Shown: positions 19,788-28,824 of the stretch, piece after piece
How positions within the stretch are numbered: position 1 is the first letter of the stretch
How the letters are laid out: the number at the start of each line of letters is the position of its first letter
Translations under genes and position numbers: made by a program
NCBI GenBank assembly: GCA_963709345.1
Contig: CAVPVX010000002.1
Coordinates: 1 to 64,000 of the forward strand
From: an uncultured Actinomycetes bacterium
Lineage (GTDB): Bacteria; Actinomycetota; Thermoleophilia; UBA2241
Reading direction: 5' to 3'
Length of the DNA: 64,000 nt
The notes under the pieces: model-generated
Databases searched by the model: none
Told to the model about the DNA's origin: nothing
The model's input: the letters and a program-made list of their open reading frames with translations, nothing else

Positions 19788-20366
19788 TCAGCCGGTCTTG
19801 GCGATGACCTGCTTGCAGACGACCTTGAGAGTCTCGAAGACGCCCTCGCCGATGACGGCGCTGCTCTCGGTGACCGGTGACCCGGTGTGGTTGAGCAGCT
19901 CGTTGAGATCCGCGACCGAGAAGACGTCGCCGAGGTCGCGCTTGTTCATCTGGACGACGAAGCCGAGGTTGCTGAGGTCGTCGCCCTGGCCGAGCAGGTT
20001 GTCCCAGAGGTTGAGGTAGCTCTCGACGTTCTCGTCGAGCCGCGTGATCTGCGAGTCGGCGACGAAGATCACGCCGTCGACGCCCTGCAGCACCAGCTTG
20101 CGGCTGGCGTTGTAGTAGCTCTGGCCCGGCACCGTGTACAGGTGGAACCGGGTCTGCATGCCCTTGACCGTGCCGAGCGTGAGCGGCAGAAAGTCGAAGT
20201 AGAGGGTGCGCTCCTCCTCGGTGGCGATGCTGACGAGCTTGCCGCGTGCGTCGGGGTTGATCTTGCGGTGGATGTACTGGAGGTTCGTCGTCTTGCCGCA
20301 CAGGCCGCAGCCGTAGTAGACGATCTTGTAGTTGATCTCACGAGCGGCGAAATTGATGAGCGGCAT
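19788..20366 (-). CDS. mglA: MglA-family small GTPase
   Basis: INFAAREINYKIVYYGCGLCGKTTNL, ERTLYFDFLP, LYTVPGQ, GVDGVIFVADSQ, NKRD; colinear with Myxococcus/Thermus MglA as I recall it. Confidence 0.93.
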   Translation of the reverse strand: MPLINFAAREINYKIVYYGCGLCGKTTNLQYIHRKINPDARGKLVSIATEEERTLYFDFLPLTLGTVKGMQTRFHLYTVPGQSYYNASRKLVLQGVDGVIFVADSQITRLDENVESYLNLWDNLLGQGDDLSNLGFVVQMNKRDLGDVFSVADLNELLNHTGSPVTESSAVIGEGVFETLKVVCKQVIAKTG

Positions 20367-20375
20367 GGGGAGGTC

Positions 20376-20861
20376 TCACACGTCCTTGAAGAGGCCGTCC
20401 ATGACGGTACCGGCGGCGCTCTCGAAGTCGACGTCCATCTCGGGCATGATCTCGTCGTCGGGCCCGTCGAAGATCTGGCGCAGCACCTCGATGGCGCGCT
20501 GCGTGTAGAGGCGGACCTTGCCGACCTGGGTCTCGCGCCCGAACGTGACGATCAGCAGCACCTGGTCGGTGACCTGGGAGACGTGCAGGTTGAGCGCCTT
20601 GCCCTCGTGGAAGAGCAGGGTGAACTCGCTCTCGTCGAGGATCTTGGCCAGCTGCTGCGTCGCCGCGAACGAGCTGGCCGCCAGCGAAGCCAGGGAGAGG
20701 GTCTCGGGGTGGTACTCGTCCGAGGCCGTCGTGATGGGCTGGCCGGAGGTGCTGATGAGCGCGAGGAAGCTCGACCCGGAGACCTCCTTGAGCTTCTTCA
20801 GGAGGTCGTCGCAGCGGTCGAGCTGACGATCGTTGATGACGAGTCCCTTGCGACGAGCCAC
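20376..20861 (-). CDS. mglB: MglB roadblock/LC7 GTPase-activating protein
   Basis: SLASLAASSFAATQQLAKILDESEF..LFHEG, GKVRL, acidic C-terminal helix; directly upstream of mglA. Confidence 0.88.
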   Translation of the reverse strand: MARRKGLVINDRQLDRCDDLLKKLKEVSGSSFLALISTSGQPITTASDEYHPETLSLASLAASSFAATQQLAKILDESEFTLLFHEGKALNLHVSQVTDQVLLIVTFGRETQVGKVRLYTQRAIEVLRQIFDGPDDEIMPEMDVDFESAAGTVMDGLFKDV

Positions 20862-21072
20862 GCGCGCTCCTCTCCGTACCTGCCGCGAGCCTGCCCCTGC
20901 GCCCGCGGTGAGCGGAGTATATACCAGCATCCGCGGGCCGACGGGGCCCTTCCGGCAGCCGGCGCCGCGGTGCCCGCGCAGGCGGCGCCTTCACCTGTAT
21001 CGTCCAGCCGCGCCGAAAGCATGAGCGAGAGACGGGGCCCCGGGGCAGGAAGCCGCCTCGCCGCTGCGAAGC

Positions 21073-21723
21073 ATGCAGGCATATGGCAGACGACCGACAC
21101 CGGACGACGCGCAGAGCGGCGACGTGGGTCTGAGAGGCGACCTCGCCGAGCTCTGCCTCGCCGACCTCGTCGAGATGACGGCGATCGGCGGCAAGACAGG
21201 CCTCCTCGTGCTCTACGACGAGGAGGACGCCGTGGCCGGCGATCTCTCCTTTCGTTCCGGCCGCCTCGTCGGCGCCCGCTGCGGCGAGCTCACCGCCGAG
21301 AAGGCGTTCTACGCTCTGCTGACGCTCACGGCCGGCACCTTCGACTTCGACTCGGCCGCGACCCTGCAGACCGACGGTTGCGACCTGCCGACGGAATCCC
21401 TGCTCATCGAGGGCATGCGCCGGCTCGACGAGGTCGAGCGCCTGCGGCGCTCGCTCCCCGCGCCGGCCCGCCTGCGCCTGCTCGACGGTAAGGCGCAGGA
21501 TGAGCTCGAGGCCCGGGCGCTCGCCTATCTGGGCCCGGGCGCCCGCCGCGTCGGTGACATCGTCGACGGCCTCCTCGTCGGCGGCGAGAGCGACGAGTAC
21601 GACGCCCTGCACGCCCTCGACAGGCTCAAGAGCCGCGGCGTCGTGCGCCTCGAGGCCGCGGCCGAGACGGCGCCGGATGACGTCCCGTCGCCGGCGCCAC
21701 CTCAACCTGAACTTGAACGTTGA
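21073..21723 (+). CDS. DUF4388 (PATAN-like) protein with C-terminal wHTH-like region
   Basis: LRGDLAELCLADLVEM..GGKTGLL...F.SGRLVGA...GTFDF...LLIEGMRRLDE. Confidence 0.8.
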   Translation: MQAYGRRPTPDDAQSGDVGLRGDLAELCLADLVEMTAIGGKTGLLVLYDEEDAVAGDLSFRSGRLVGARCGELTAEKAFYALLTLTAGTFDFDSAATLQTDGCDLPTESLLIEGMRRLDEVERLRRSLPAPARLRLLDGKAQDELEARALAYLGPGARRVGDIVDGLLVGGESDEYDALHALDRLKSRGVVRLEAAAETAPDDVPSPAPPQPELER

Positions 21724-21741
21724 GACCGGGTCGGGTACCAT
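21713..21741 (+). promoter_or_regulatory. Sigma70-type promoter for rsiG-FHA-merR-apt
   Basis: TTGAAC-N17-TACCAT. Confidence 0.5.
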
Positions 21742-21780
21742 CGACGGCCCAGCCCTCTACGTGCGGAGAGGAGTCGCGGC

Positions 21781-22074
21781 ATGGACGACATCGTCGATCT
21801 CGTCTCGCGATCTGACGAAGAGCTGCGCGCGCTCGTCGCCCAGTTCGAGAATGAGGAGCGCGAGATCTCCCGCCGCCGGCGCATCCTGCACGGCAAGCTC
21901 GACATCCTGCGTGCCGAGCTCGTGATGCGACTCCAGCACAAACACGCCGCCGGCGAGTCCGTCATCTCGGTGGAGGATGTCGACGCGCTCTCCCGCATCC
22001 TCGCGGGCGAAGGACCGCGCCCCGAGCCCGATGCCGCGCCGGCCCCTGACTCAGACGCGCCTGCGGAGGAATGA
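21781..22074 (+). CDS. rsiG: Small single-motif RsiG-family anti-sigma factor (c-di-GMP binding)
   Basis: EREISRRRRILHGKLD fits E-X3-S-X2-R-X3-(Q/H)-X3-D; coiled-coil context. Confidence 0.75.
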   Translation: MDDIVDLVSRSDEELRALVAQFENEEREISRRRRILHGKLDILRAELVMRLQHKHAAGESVISVEDVDALSRILAGEGPRPEPDAAPAPDSDAPAEE

Positions 22075-22075
22075 C

Positions 22076-22540
22076 GTGTTCTGCCCAGAGTGCGGCATCC
22101 GCAACGCCGAGAGCGCGAGCTTCTGCGTGCGTTGCGGAGCGAGCCTCCTGGCCGACCAGCCCGAGTCCGCCACCACGCTCATCCACGTTCCCGGCGAGGA
22201 GCCCGGAGAGGCCGATGCCCTCGCCGCGGCGGCCGGGGAAGAGGCCTGCCTCGCCATGCGCAGCGGCGGCGGCCGCGCCGGCGAGACGTACCCGCTCCGC
22301 GGAGACCGCATCGCCATCGGCCGCCACCCCGACGCGCAGATCTTCCTCGACGACGTCACCGTCTCGCGCCACCACGCCGTGGTCATGCCCGAGGGCGACG
22401 GCTGGATCATCGTCGACGAGGGCAGTCTGAACGGCACCTTCATCAATCGCCGGCGCGGTGACCGCACGCCGCTCAGCGACGGCGACGAGATCCAGATCGG
22501 CAAGTACAAGCTCACTTTCCTCGCGCCCTCGGGCGCCTGA
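22076..22540 (+). CDS. Zinc-ribbon plus FHA domain protein (GarA-like)
   Basis: FCPECG..N...FCVRCG; IGRHP..IFLDDVTVSRHHA, GSLNGTFIN. Confidence 0.9.
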   Translation: MFCPECGIRNAESASFCVRCGASLLADQPESATTLIHVPGEEPGEADALAAAAGEEACLAMRSGGGRAGETYPLRGDRIAIGRHPDAQIFLDDVTVSRHHAVVMPEGDGWIIVDEGSLNGTFINRRRGDRTPLSDGDEIQIGKYKLTFLAPSGA

Positions 22541-22557
22541 TCGGGGCGGCAGACACC

Positions 22558-23283
22558 ATGACGGAGACCGCTGAGCTGCTCTTCGACGTAGGCGACGACC
22601 GCATGCTCACGATCGGCTCGGTCGTCGACCGCCTGCGCGCGGAGTTCCCCGACATCAGCGTGAGCAAGCTCCGCTACCTCGAAGAGCAGGGCCTCGTGAC
22701 GCCGCAGCGGACCAAGTCCGGCTACCGGCTCTACTCGCAGGACGACTTCGGGCGGCTCGTGCGCGTGCTCACGATGCAGCGCGACGAGTACCTGCCCCTC
22801 AAGGTGATACGCCGCGAGCTCGAGCGCAGCCCCGCGAGCGCGCTGCCGACCGCGCGCCAGGGCCTCCGCAAGACCGATCTCATCGCCGTGGGGGAGACTC
22901 GGGAGTACACCGCCGAGGAGGTCCAGCACCTCACCGGAGCCGACGCCACGCTCCTCGCGGAACTCGAGGACTACGAGCTCATCCGCGCCCGCCAGGTCAG
23001 CGGCGTGCGCCGCTACTCCGAGACCGACACCGGCATCGTCGCCGCGGCGGCGCAGCTCGCCCAGCTCAGCCTGCGGCCCAAGAACCTGCGCATCCTGAAG
23101 AGCGCCGTCGACCGTGAGATCGGGCTCATCGAGCAGGTCCTCCTGCCGTCCCTGCGCTCCAATCGCCCGGATGCCCGGCGCGAGGGGCTCGACCAGCTCG
23201 ACGACATCGTCCAGTCGGCGTCCCAGCTGCGCCAGCTCCTGCTCGCCCGCGGCCTCCGCCGCCTCACCGGCGACGGTCGCTGA
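22558..23283 (+). CDS. MerR-family regulator (FtsR-like)
   Basis: LTIGSVV..LRAEFPDISVSKLRYLEEQGLVTPQRTKSGYRLYS. Confidence 0.9.
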   Translation: MTETAELLFDVGDDRMLTIGSVVDRLRAEFPDISVSKLRYLEEQGLVTPQRTKSGYRLYSQDDFGRLVRVLTMQRDEYLPLKVIRRELERSPASALPTARQGLRKTDLIAVGETREYTAEEVQHLTGADATLLAELEDYELIRARQVSGVRRYSETDTGIVAAAAQLAQLSLRPKNLRILKSAVDREIGLIEQVLLPSLRSNRPDARREGLDQLDDIVQSASQLRQLLLARGLRRLTGDGR

Positions 23284-23345
23284 GAGAAGCAGACGGCCCG
23301 CCCGGCGCTCGCCGCGTCACCCGCCACCGCGAAGGAGAAACCTCG

Positions 23346-23873
23346 ATGACCGAAGGACAGCTCGACCTCGCCGCGCACGTGCGCGACATCCCGGATTTCC
23401 CCAAAGAGGGCATCCTCTTCCGCGACATCATGCCGTTGCTGCAGGAGCCGCGCGCGCTGCGCGAAGCCGTGGACCGGATCGTCGAGTACGCTACGGGCAG
23501 GCACGTCGACGTGGTGATGGGCGCCGAGGCCCGGGGCTTCATCCTCGGCGCCGCGGTAGCCTACGGCCTCGGCGCCGGCTTCGTCTGCGCGCGCAAGCCC
23601 GGCAAGTTGCCGCACACGACCATCTCCGCGGAGTACGACCTCGAGTACGGCACCGACAAGCTCGAGGTGCATGCCGACGCCATCAAGCCGGGGCAGAACG
23701 TGCTCGTGCACGACGACCTCCTGGCCACCGGCGGCACGGCGAAGGCCAAGATCCAGCTCGTCGAGAAGCTCGGTGGCAAGGTCGTCGGCGTGGCCTTCAT
23801 CATCGAGCTCAGCGCGCTGCACGGGCGCGACAGGCTCAAGGGCTACGACACCTTCAGCCTGATCACGTACTGA
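23346..23873 (+). CDS. apt: Adenine phosphoribosyltransferase
   Basis: PDFPKEGILFRDI, EARGF, RKPGKLP, YDLEYG, DDLLATGGT. Confidence 0.97.
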   Translation: MTEGQLDLAAHVRDIPDFPKEGILFRDIMPLLQEPRALREAVDRIVEYATGRHVDVVMGAEARGFILGAAVAYGLGAGFVCARKPGKLPHTTISAEYDLEYGTDKLEVHADAIKPGQNVLVHDDLLATGGTAKAKIQLVEKLGGKVVGVAFIIELSALHGRDRLKGYDTFSLITY

Positions 23874-23922
23874 AGCCGGCCAGGTACTGAGGCGGGCGCC
23901 CGCGCGGCGCCAGGGCCGAGGC

Positions 23923-25035
23923 TCAGCGCGCCGCGCTTCCGCCGGTGACGTCGCCCGCCGCCATCAAGCGGACGAGCTCACCGGCGAGGCGACGCTGCCA
24001 ATGGGCGCGGCCGGGCTCCACGAGGTGCAGCAGATCGTGGAAGTCGGAGGTGGGGAGCGGGTCCGCGCGGTCGAGTTCCACGTACGGCACGCCGCGTCCC
24101 CGCGCCAGCGCCCGGACCGGAGTCTGATACATGGCGAGGACCTCGTCGAAGCGGCCGTCCAGCGCCCGTCGGTTGAGCGGGAGCTCGAGGAGGACGACGT
24201 TCAGACCGCGCGCCTGGGCGCACTCGACCACCTGCTCGAGCATCGCGAGGTTGTAGTCGAGGTTGGCGCGGAACCGCGGGTACGCCCGCGCGAACCACGT
24301 CGCCACCATGCTGTCCTTCTGCGCCGGAGTGTAGCTCCGCGCCAGCGTGTACTTGAAGCCGTCGTACTCGCGCCGCACCGGGCGCCCGGCGGAGGCGTTC
24401 GCGGCCAGCACTTCGCCGAGGTACGTGAAGATGCCCGGCAGGATCGTGGCGGCGGTCGTGTAGCGCCCGTACTCGTCCGAGACGTAGCGTTGCAGGTGGC
24501 GGCTCCTCGTCAGCAGGCTGAAGCCGATCACCGCGCGCTCGCTCTCGGCCGGAGAAGCCGTGAAGCGGCCGGGGCTGATCCCGATGATCACCCACGTTGG
24601 TGACTCGCGCGGCACGTTGTCGACGATCGCCAGCGATTCGGAGAAGTGCTGATTCGAGCTGCCGACGTTCCACGCGGCCACCTGCGGGCCACCGAAGCGC
24701 GAGACATCCGCCGCAAGTGACGGCCCGCTCAGCAGGGCCTCCCGTGCCGTCGAGCCTCCAAGCAGATAGACGGCCGGAACGTCCGGGGGGTGGCGCTTGT
24801 TGCGCCCGATGGTCCACGAGACATAGGTCGACGTGTCGTTGCCGTCGCACAGGCAGTACTCGACCGGGACTACCGTCCAAAGCCCACTAGTAAAGACGTA
24901 GTCCAGTGCGCCGAGCCCCGCGACGAGGAGTCCGGCTGCCACCAGGGGCACGATGAGGGTGCGCCGCAGAAGACCGGCGCGAAAGGCGCTCCGCCGAACC
25001 GGGGAGCACGTTGGGGGTTGGCCTGCCGAGTCCAT
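23923..25035 (-). CDS. Membrane-anchored SGNH-like (DltD/AlgX-like) hypothetical protein
   Basis: N-terminal TM; LLGGST (block I-like); FHDLLHL (DxxH). Confidence 0.6.
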   Translation of the reverse strand: MDSAGQPPTCSPVRRSAFRAGLLRRTLIVPLVAAGLLVAGLGALDYVFTSGLWTVVPVEYCLCDGNDTSTYVSWTIGRNKRHPPDVPAVYLLGGSTAREALLSGPSLAADVSRFGGPQVAAWNVGSSNQHFSESLAIVDNVPRESPTWVIIGISPGRFTASPAESERAVIGFSLLTRSRHLQRYVSDEYGRYTTAATILPGIFTYLGEVLAANASAGRPVRREYDGFKYTLARSYTPAQKDSMVATWFARAYPRFRANLDYNLAMLEQVVECAQARGLNVVLLELPLNRRALDGRFDEVLAMYQTPVRALARGRGVPYVELDRADPLPTSDFHDLLHLVEPGRAHWQRRLAGELVRLMAAGDVTGGSAAR

Positions 25036-25290
25036 TACCTCGAAGCCTACAGCGCGTCGCGCGATTCCGCCAAGATGCCGTCGCCGGGGAGCGGCTGCGC
25101 GCCATGGATGGCACGACCGGCAGGGAGGCCGGCTGTGCGACGGTGCACGCCATGGAGATCTCGCCGCCGGCCGGCTTACTTTACATAACGGAGATTATCG
25201 CGTGTTCTCTCTGAAGCCGGCTCGCAAGCCTTGTCAGTTCTCGAGGGGGTCTTTGAGGGGGTCCTTCAGGGGTCGCCGACGCGTCGCAGG

Positions 25291-25752
25291 CTACCAGCGA
25301 CGCCCCAGGAACTGCGGTGACGACGGCATTTCCCTGACGCAGGCGCTCAAGAACTCGTCGATCGGCGGGCGCACGTCGGCCGATTGCAGTTCGACTTCGT
25401 CGAGAAACGCGGCGTTGAGGACCTTGACCTCCTGCGGCTCGGGCAGCGCCTCGGGCGCCGCCGAGATCTCGAACACCAGGTGTATGACGTGCTTCTCGTA
25501 GTCCGGCTCCGGCGAGATCGACTCGACGATCGCGATCAGGCCGGCGACGCCGACGCGGAGCCCCAGTTCCTCCTGGAACTCACGGCGCAGCGCATCGGCC
25601 AGCGTCTCGCCGAACTGCACGCCGCCGCCGGGCAGCAACCAGTACCTCTCCTCCCCACGGGCCTGCTCTACCATCAAGATACGACCCTCGTGCACGAGCA
25701 GCCCTGCTACGCGTATCGTAGGCTTCTCCTCTGGGTCTTGCCTCGCCGTCAC
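25291..25752 (-). CDS. NUDIX hydrolase
   Basis: PGGGVQFGETLADALRREFQEELG Nudix box. Confidence 0.92.
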   Translation of the reverse strand: MTARQDPEEKPTIRVAGLLVHEGRILMVEQARGEERYWLLPGGGVQFGETLADALRREFQEELGLRVGVAGLIAIVESISPEPDYEKHVIHLVFEISAAPEALPEPQEVKVLNAAFLDEVELQSADVRPPIDEFLSACVREMPSSPQFLGRRW

Positions 25753-26213
25753 TCCGGCCCCCTTTCCCCGGTCCCGCTTGAACCGAACCCCTGTTCGCCT
25801 CGGTGAGTCTCGTCGAGCACGGGCACCACATCCAGACCGACCGCCGTCAGCGGCAGAAAGAGCAGCTGCGCGATGCGGTCGCCGGCGGCGACGCTGAACG
25901 GCTCGCCGGCGTCGGTGTTCAGCAGGATGATGCGCACCTCGCCACGGTATCCCGGATCGATGAGTCCGGGTGCGTTGACGATGGTGATGCCGCGCTTGGC
26001 CGCCAGACCCGAGCGCGGCAGCGTGAGCGCCGCGAGACCGGGCGGCAGGCCGAGCGCGATGCCGGTGCCGACGACGGCGCGCTCCTGCGGCCGCAGGAGT
26101 GCCTCTTCGGCGGCGTAGAGGTCGAAGGCCGCATCGTGCTCGTAGGCACGTTGCGGCAGCCGGGCCGCCGCGGTGAGCAGGCGCACCGGTACGGTGAGCT
26201 CACCGCTACTCAT
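25749..26213 (-). CDS. dut: dUTP diphosphatase
   Basis: AAFDL, PRSGLA, NAPGLIDPGYRGE, GDRIAQL, RGEQGFGSSG. Confidence 0.96.
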   Translation of the reverse strand: MSSGELTVPVRLLTAAARLPQRAYEHDAAFDLYAAEEALLRPQERAVVGTGIALGLPPGLAALTLPRSGLAAKRGITIVNAPGLIDPGYRGEVRIILLNTDAGEPFSVAAGDRIAQLLFLPLTAVGLDVVPVLDETHRGEQGFGSSGTGERGPE

Positions 26214-27588
26214 CGGCGTCGTCCGCCGCATCGTCTGCTTCCGCTGGGTTGCAGGCTTCCGCCGCTTCGTCCGCTTCCGCCGGATCGGCCACCTCCGCCG
26301 CGTCGTCGACGCGGAAGCGCGCGTAGCGGCCCGCCTCGGCGACGGGCAGGCGGGCCTCGAAGTAGACGCCGTCCGCGGTGTGCTCCTCGCGCACGTCGCT
26401 GGCAAGGCCGCGAAGACGGTGCATCTCCCCGCCTTCCGCATACGGGAAGAGGAGGCGCACCGGGCGCAGGGCGCGGTCGAAGAACGTCGCCAGGCGCTCC
26501 TGGAGGGCGCCGAGGCCCTCGCCGCGTGCCGCGGCGACGAACTCGGCCTCCGGATACAGCGCCCGCAGGCGCCGCAGCTTGCTCTCGTCGGCGCGGTCGA
26601 TCTTGTTGAAGACGACCACCCTCGGCGCCGTGCTGCCGATCATGTCGAGCACCTCTGCCACCGTCTGCTCGCGCGCGGCGATCTCCGCCGGCTCCAGGGC
26701 GGCGTCGGCGACGACGAGGACGATGTCGGCCAGCGTCGTCTCCTCGAGCGTGCTCGCGAACGCGTCGACGAGCTGGTGCGGCAGCTTGCGGATGAAGCCG
26801 ACGGTGTCGGTGAGCACGTAGTCGCGGTCGCGATAGCGGTACGACCGCGACGTGGGGTCGAGCGTCTCGAACAGGCGGTCGCGCACCGGGACGTCGGCGT
26901 CGGTGAGCGCGTTCAGGAGCGTCGACTTGCCGGCGTTGGTGTACCCCGCGAGGGCGACCAGCGGCACCGCCGCGCGCAGCCGCCGGGCACGCTGCGTGCG
27001 GCGCGTCTTGGCCATCTGTTCGATGCGGCCGCGCAGCGTCTGGATGCGCCGGCGCACCACGCGGCGATCGACCTCGAGCTTGGTCTCGCCGGGGCCGCGC
27101 ATGTCCACGCCGGCGCCGAGCCGGCTGAGGATGAGCCCCTTGCCGCGCATGCGCGTGAGCTCGTACTCGAGCTGGGCGAGGTGCACCTGGAGCGTGCCCT
27201 CCAGCGAATGCGCGTGGCGGCTGAACACCGTGAGGATGAGCTCGGTCCGGTCGAGCACGTCGACGTCGACGGCGTCGAGCACGGCGGCCACCTGGGCCGG
27301 GCTCAGGTCGTCCTCGCAGACGGCGACCGTGGCGCCGGTCTGGGTGACGACGTCCTTGAGGTCGCTCATCCTTCCCTTGCCCAGGTACGTCCTCGGGTTC
27401 GGGGCGTCGCGACGCTGGATCACGTCCGCGGCCCAGTCCATATCCGCGGAGCGGAGGAGCTCCCTGATCTCGGCCAGCTCCTCGTCCTCTCCGGGCTCGC
27501 CTCGGCCGCCGGGGACGACGGCGAACACGACGGCCAGCGGCCGGGTCTCGGTCGCGCCGGTGTCGAAGCCGGGGGTTTCCTCGCTCAC
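26206..27588 (-). CDS. hflX: GTPase HflX
   Basis: RGPGETKLEVDRR, GYTNAGKST, LFETLD, DTVGF, NKID. Confidence 0.96.
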   Translation of the reverse strand: MSEETPGFDTGATETRPLAVVFAVVPGGRGEPGEDEELAEIRELLRSADMDWAADVIQRRDAPNPRTYLGKGRMSDLKDVVTQTGATVAVCEDDLSPAQVAAVLDAVDVDVLDRTELILTVFSRHAHSLEGTLQVHLAQLEYELTRMRGKGLILSRLGAGVDMRGPGETKLEVDRRVVRRRIQTLRGRIEQMAKTRRTQRARRLRAAVPLVALAGYTNAGKSTLLNALTDADVPVRDRLFETLDPTSRSYRYRDRDYVLTDTVGFIRKLPHQLVDAFASTLEETTLADIVLVVADAALEPAEIAAREQTVAEVLDMIGSTAPRVVVFNKIDRADESKLRRLRALYPEAEFVAAARGEGLGALQERLATFFDRALRPVRLLFPYAEGGEMHRLRGLASDVREEHTADGVYFEARLPVAEAGRYARFRVDDAAEVADPAEADEAAEACNPAEADDAADDADE

Positions 27589-27622
27589 GATGTGGCCTCC
27601 GTGTGGCGGCCGCTGGGGCGGC

Positions 27623-28786
27623 CTAGATGCGTACCGACTCCTTGATGCGCCCGACGGCCTCCTGCAGGCGTTCGTCCGGGATGGTGAGGGAGAAACGCAC
27701 GTAGCCCTCGCCGGAGGGTCCGTAGGCCGCGCCCGGCGAGACGATCACGTCGGCCTGCTCGAGCACCTGCTGCGTGAAGGTCGCGGAGGTGTAGCCGTCG
27801 GGCACCGGCACCCACAGGTAGATGGTGCCCTTTGGAGCCTCGGCGCGCAGGCCTACGTCGCGAAGCGCCGTCACCAGGAGGTCGCGGCGGCGTTCGTAGA
27901 CGCCGCACATCTCGCGCACGCAGCCCTGGGATCCGGTGAGCGCCGCCGCGCCGGCGCGCTGGACGGCGGCGAACATCCCGGAGTCGATGTTCGTCTTGAG
28001 CCGCCAGTAGGCGTCGACGACCTCGCGATTGCCGACGAGCGCGCCGACCCGCCAGCCGGTCATGTTGTAGCTCTTCGACAGGCTGAAGGCCTCGACGCCC
28101 ACATCCTCGGCGCCCGGCGTCGCGAGAAAGCTCGGCGCGACGTAGCCGTCGTAGGTGATGTCGGCGTAAGCGTTGTCGTGGACGACGATAAGATCGTGAG
28201 CTTTGGCGAACGCGACGAGGCGCACGAAGAAGTCGTCCTCGATCACCGCTCCCGTCGGGTTGTTCGGATAGTTGACGAAGATGAGGCGCGCCCTGCCCAG
28301 CGTCTCGGCGTCCACGGACTCGAGGTCGGGCTGAAAGCCGAGAGACGGCTCCAGCGGCAGCGGCACGGCGGTCGCGCCGGCAAGCAGCGGGCCGGTAGCG
28401 TACACGGGATACCCGGGGTCGGCGGCCAGGGCCACGTCGCCCGGGTCGAGCAGCACCTGGCAGATGTTGGCGATGCCCTCCTTGGCGCCCAGGAGCGGCA
28501 CGATCTGGTCGGCCGGGTCGAGTTCCACACCGAAGCGCGTGGAGTAGTACCCGGCCACCGCCGTGCGAAAGCCGTGCTCTCCCCGGTTGCTCGGGTACTG
28601 GTGCGTGCCGGGATCGGCGGCCGCCTCGGTGAGCGCGCTCACGATATGCGGCGGGGTCGGCAGGTCGGGGTCGCCGATGCCCAGGCTGATGACGTCGACG
28701 CCGGCCGCTCTGCGCTCCTCGATCTGCCGCTCGATGGCGGCGAACAGGTACGGTGGCAGCGTGCGTACGCGTTGTGCGATCCTCAT
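27623..28786 (-). CDS. dapL: LL-diaminopimelate aminotransferase (class I PLP)
   Basis: LPPYLF, SLGIGDPD, NYPNNPTG, SLSKSYNMTGWRVG; adjacent to dapF. Confidence 0.82.
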   Translation of the reverse strand: MRIAQRVRTLPPYLFAAIERQIEERRAAGVDVISLGIGDPDLPTPPHIVSALTEAAADPGTHQYPSNRGEHGFRTAVAGYYSTRFGVELDPADQIVPLLGAKEGIANICQVLLDPGDVALAADPGYPVYATGPLLAGATAVPLPLEPSLGFQPDLESVDAETLGRARLIFVNYPNNPTGAVIEDDFFVRLVAFAKAHDLIVVHDNAYADITYDGYVAPSFLATPGAEDVGVEAFSLSKSYNMTGWRVGALVGNREVVDAYWRLKTNIDSGMFAAVQRAGAAALTGSQGCVREMCGVYERRRDLLVTALRDVGLRAEAPKGTIYLWVPVPDGYTSATFTQQVLEQADVIVSPGAAYGPSGEGYVRFSLTIPDERLQEAVGRIKESVRI

Positions 28787-28824
28787 CGTTCTCCGTGCTT
28801 CGGGGGTGGACGACGCCGGACGAC

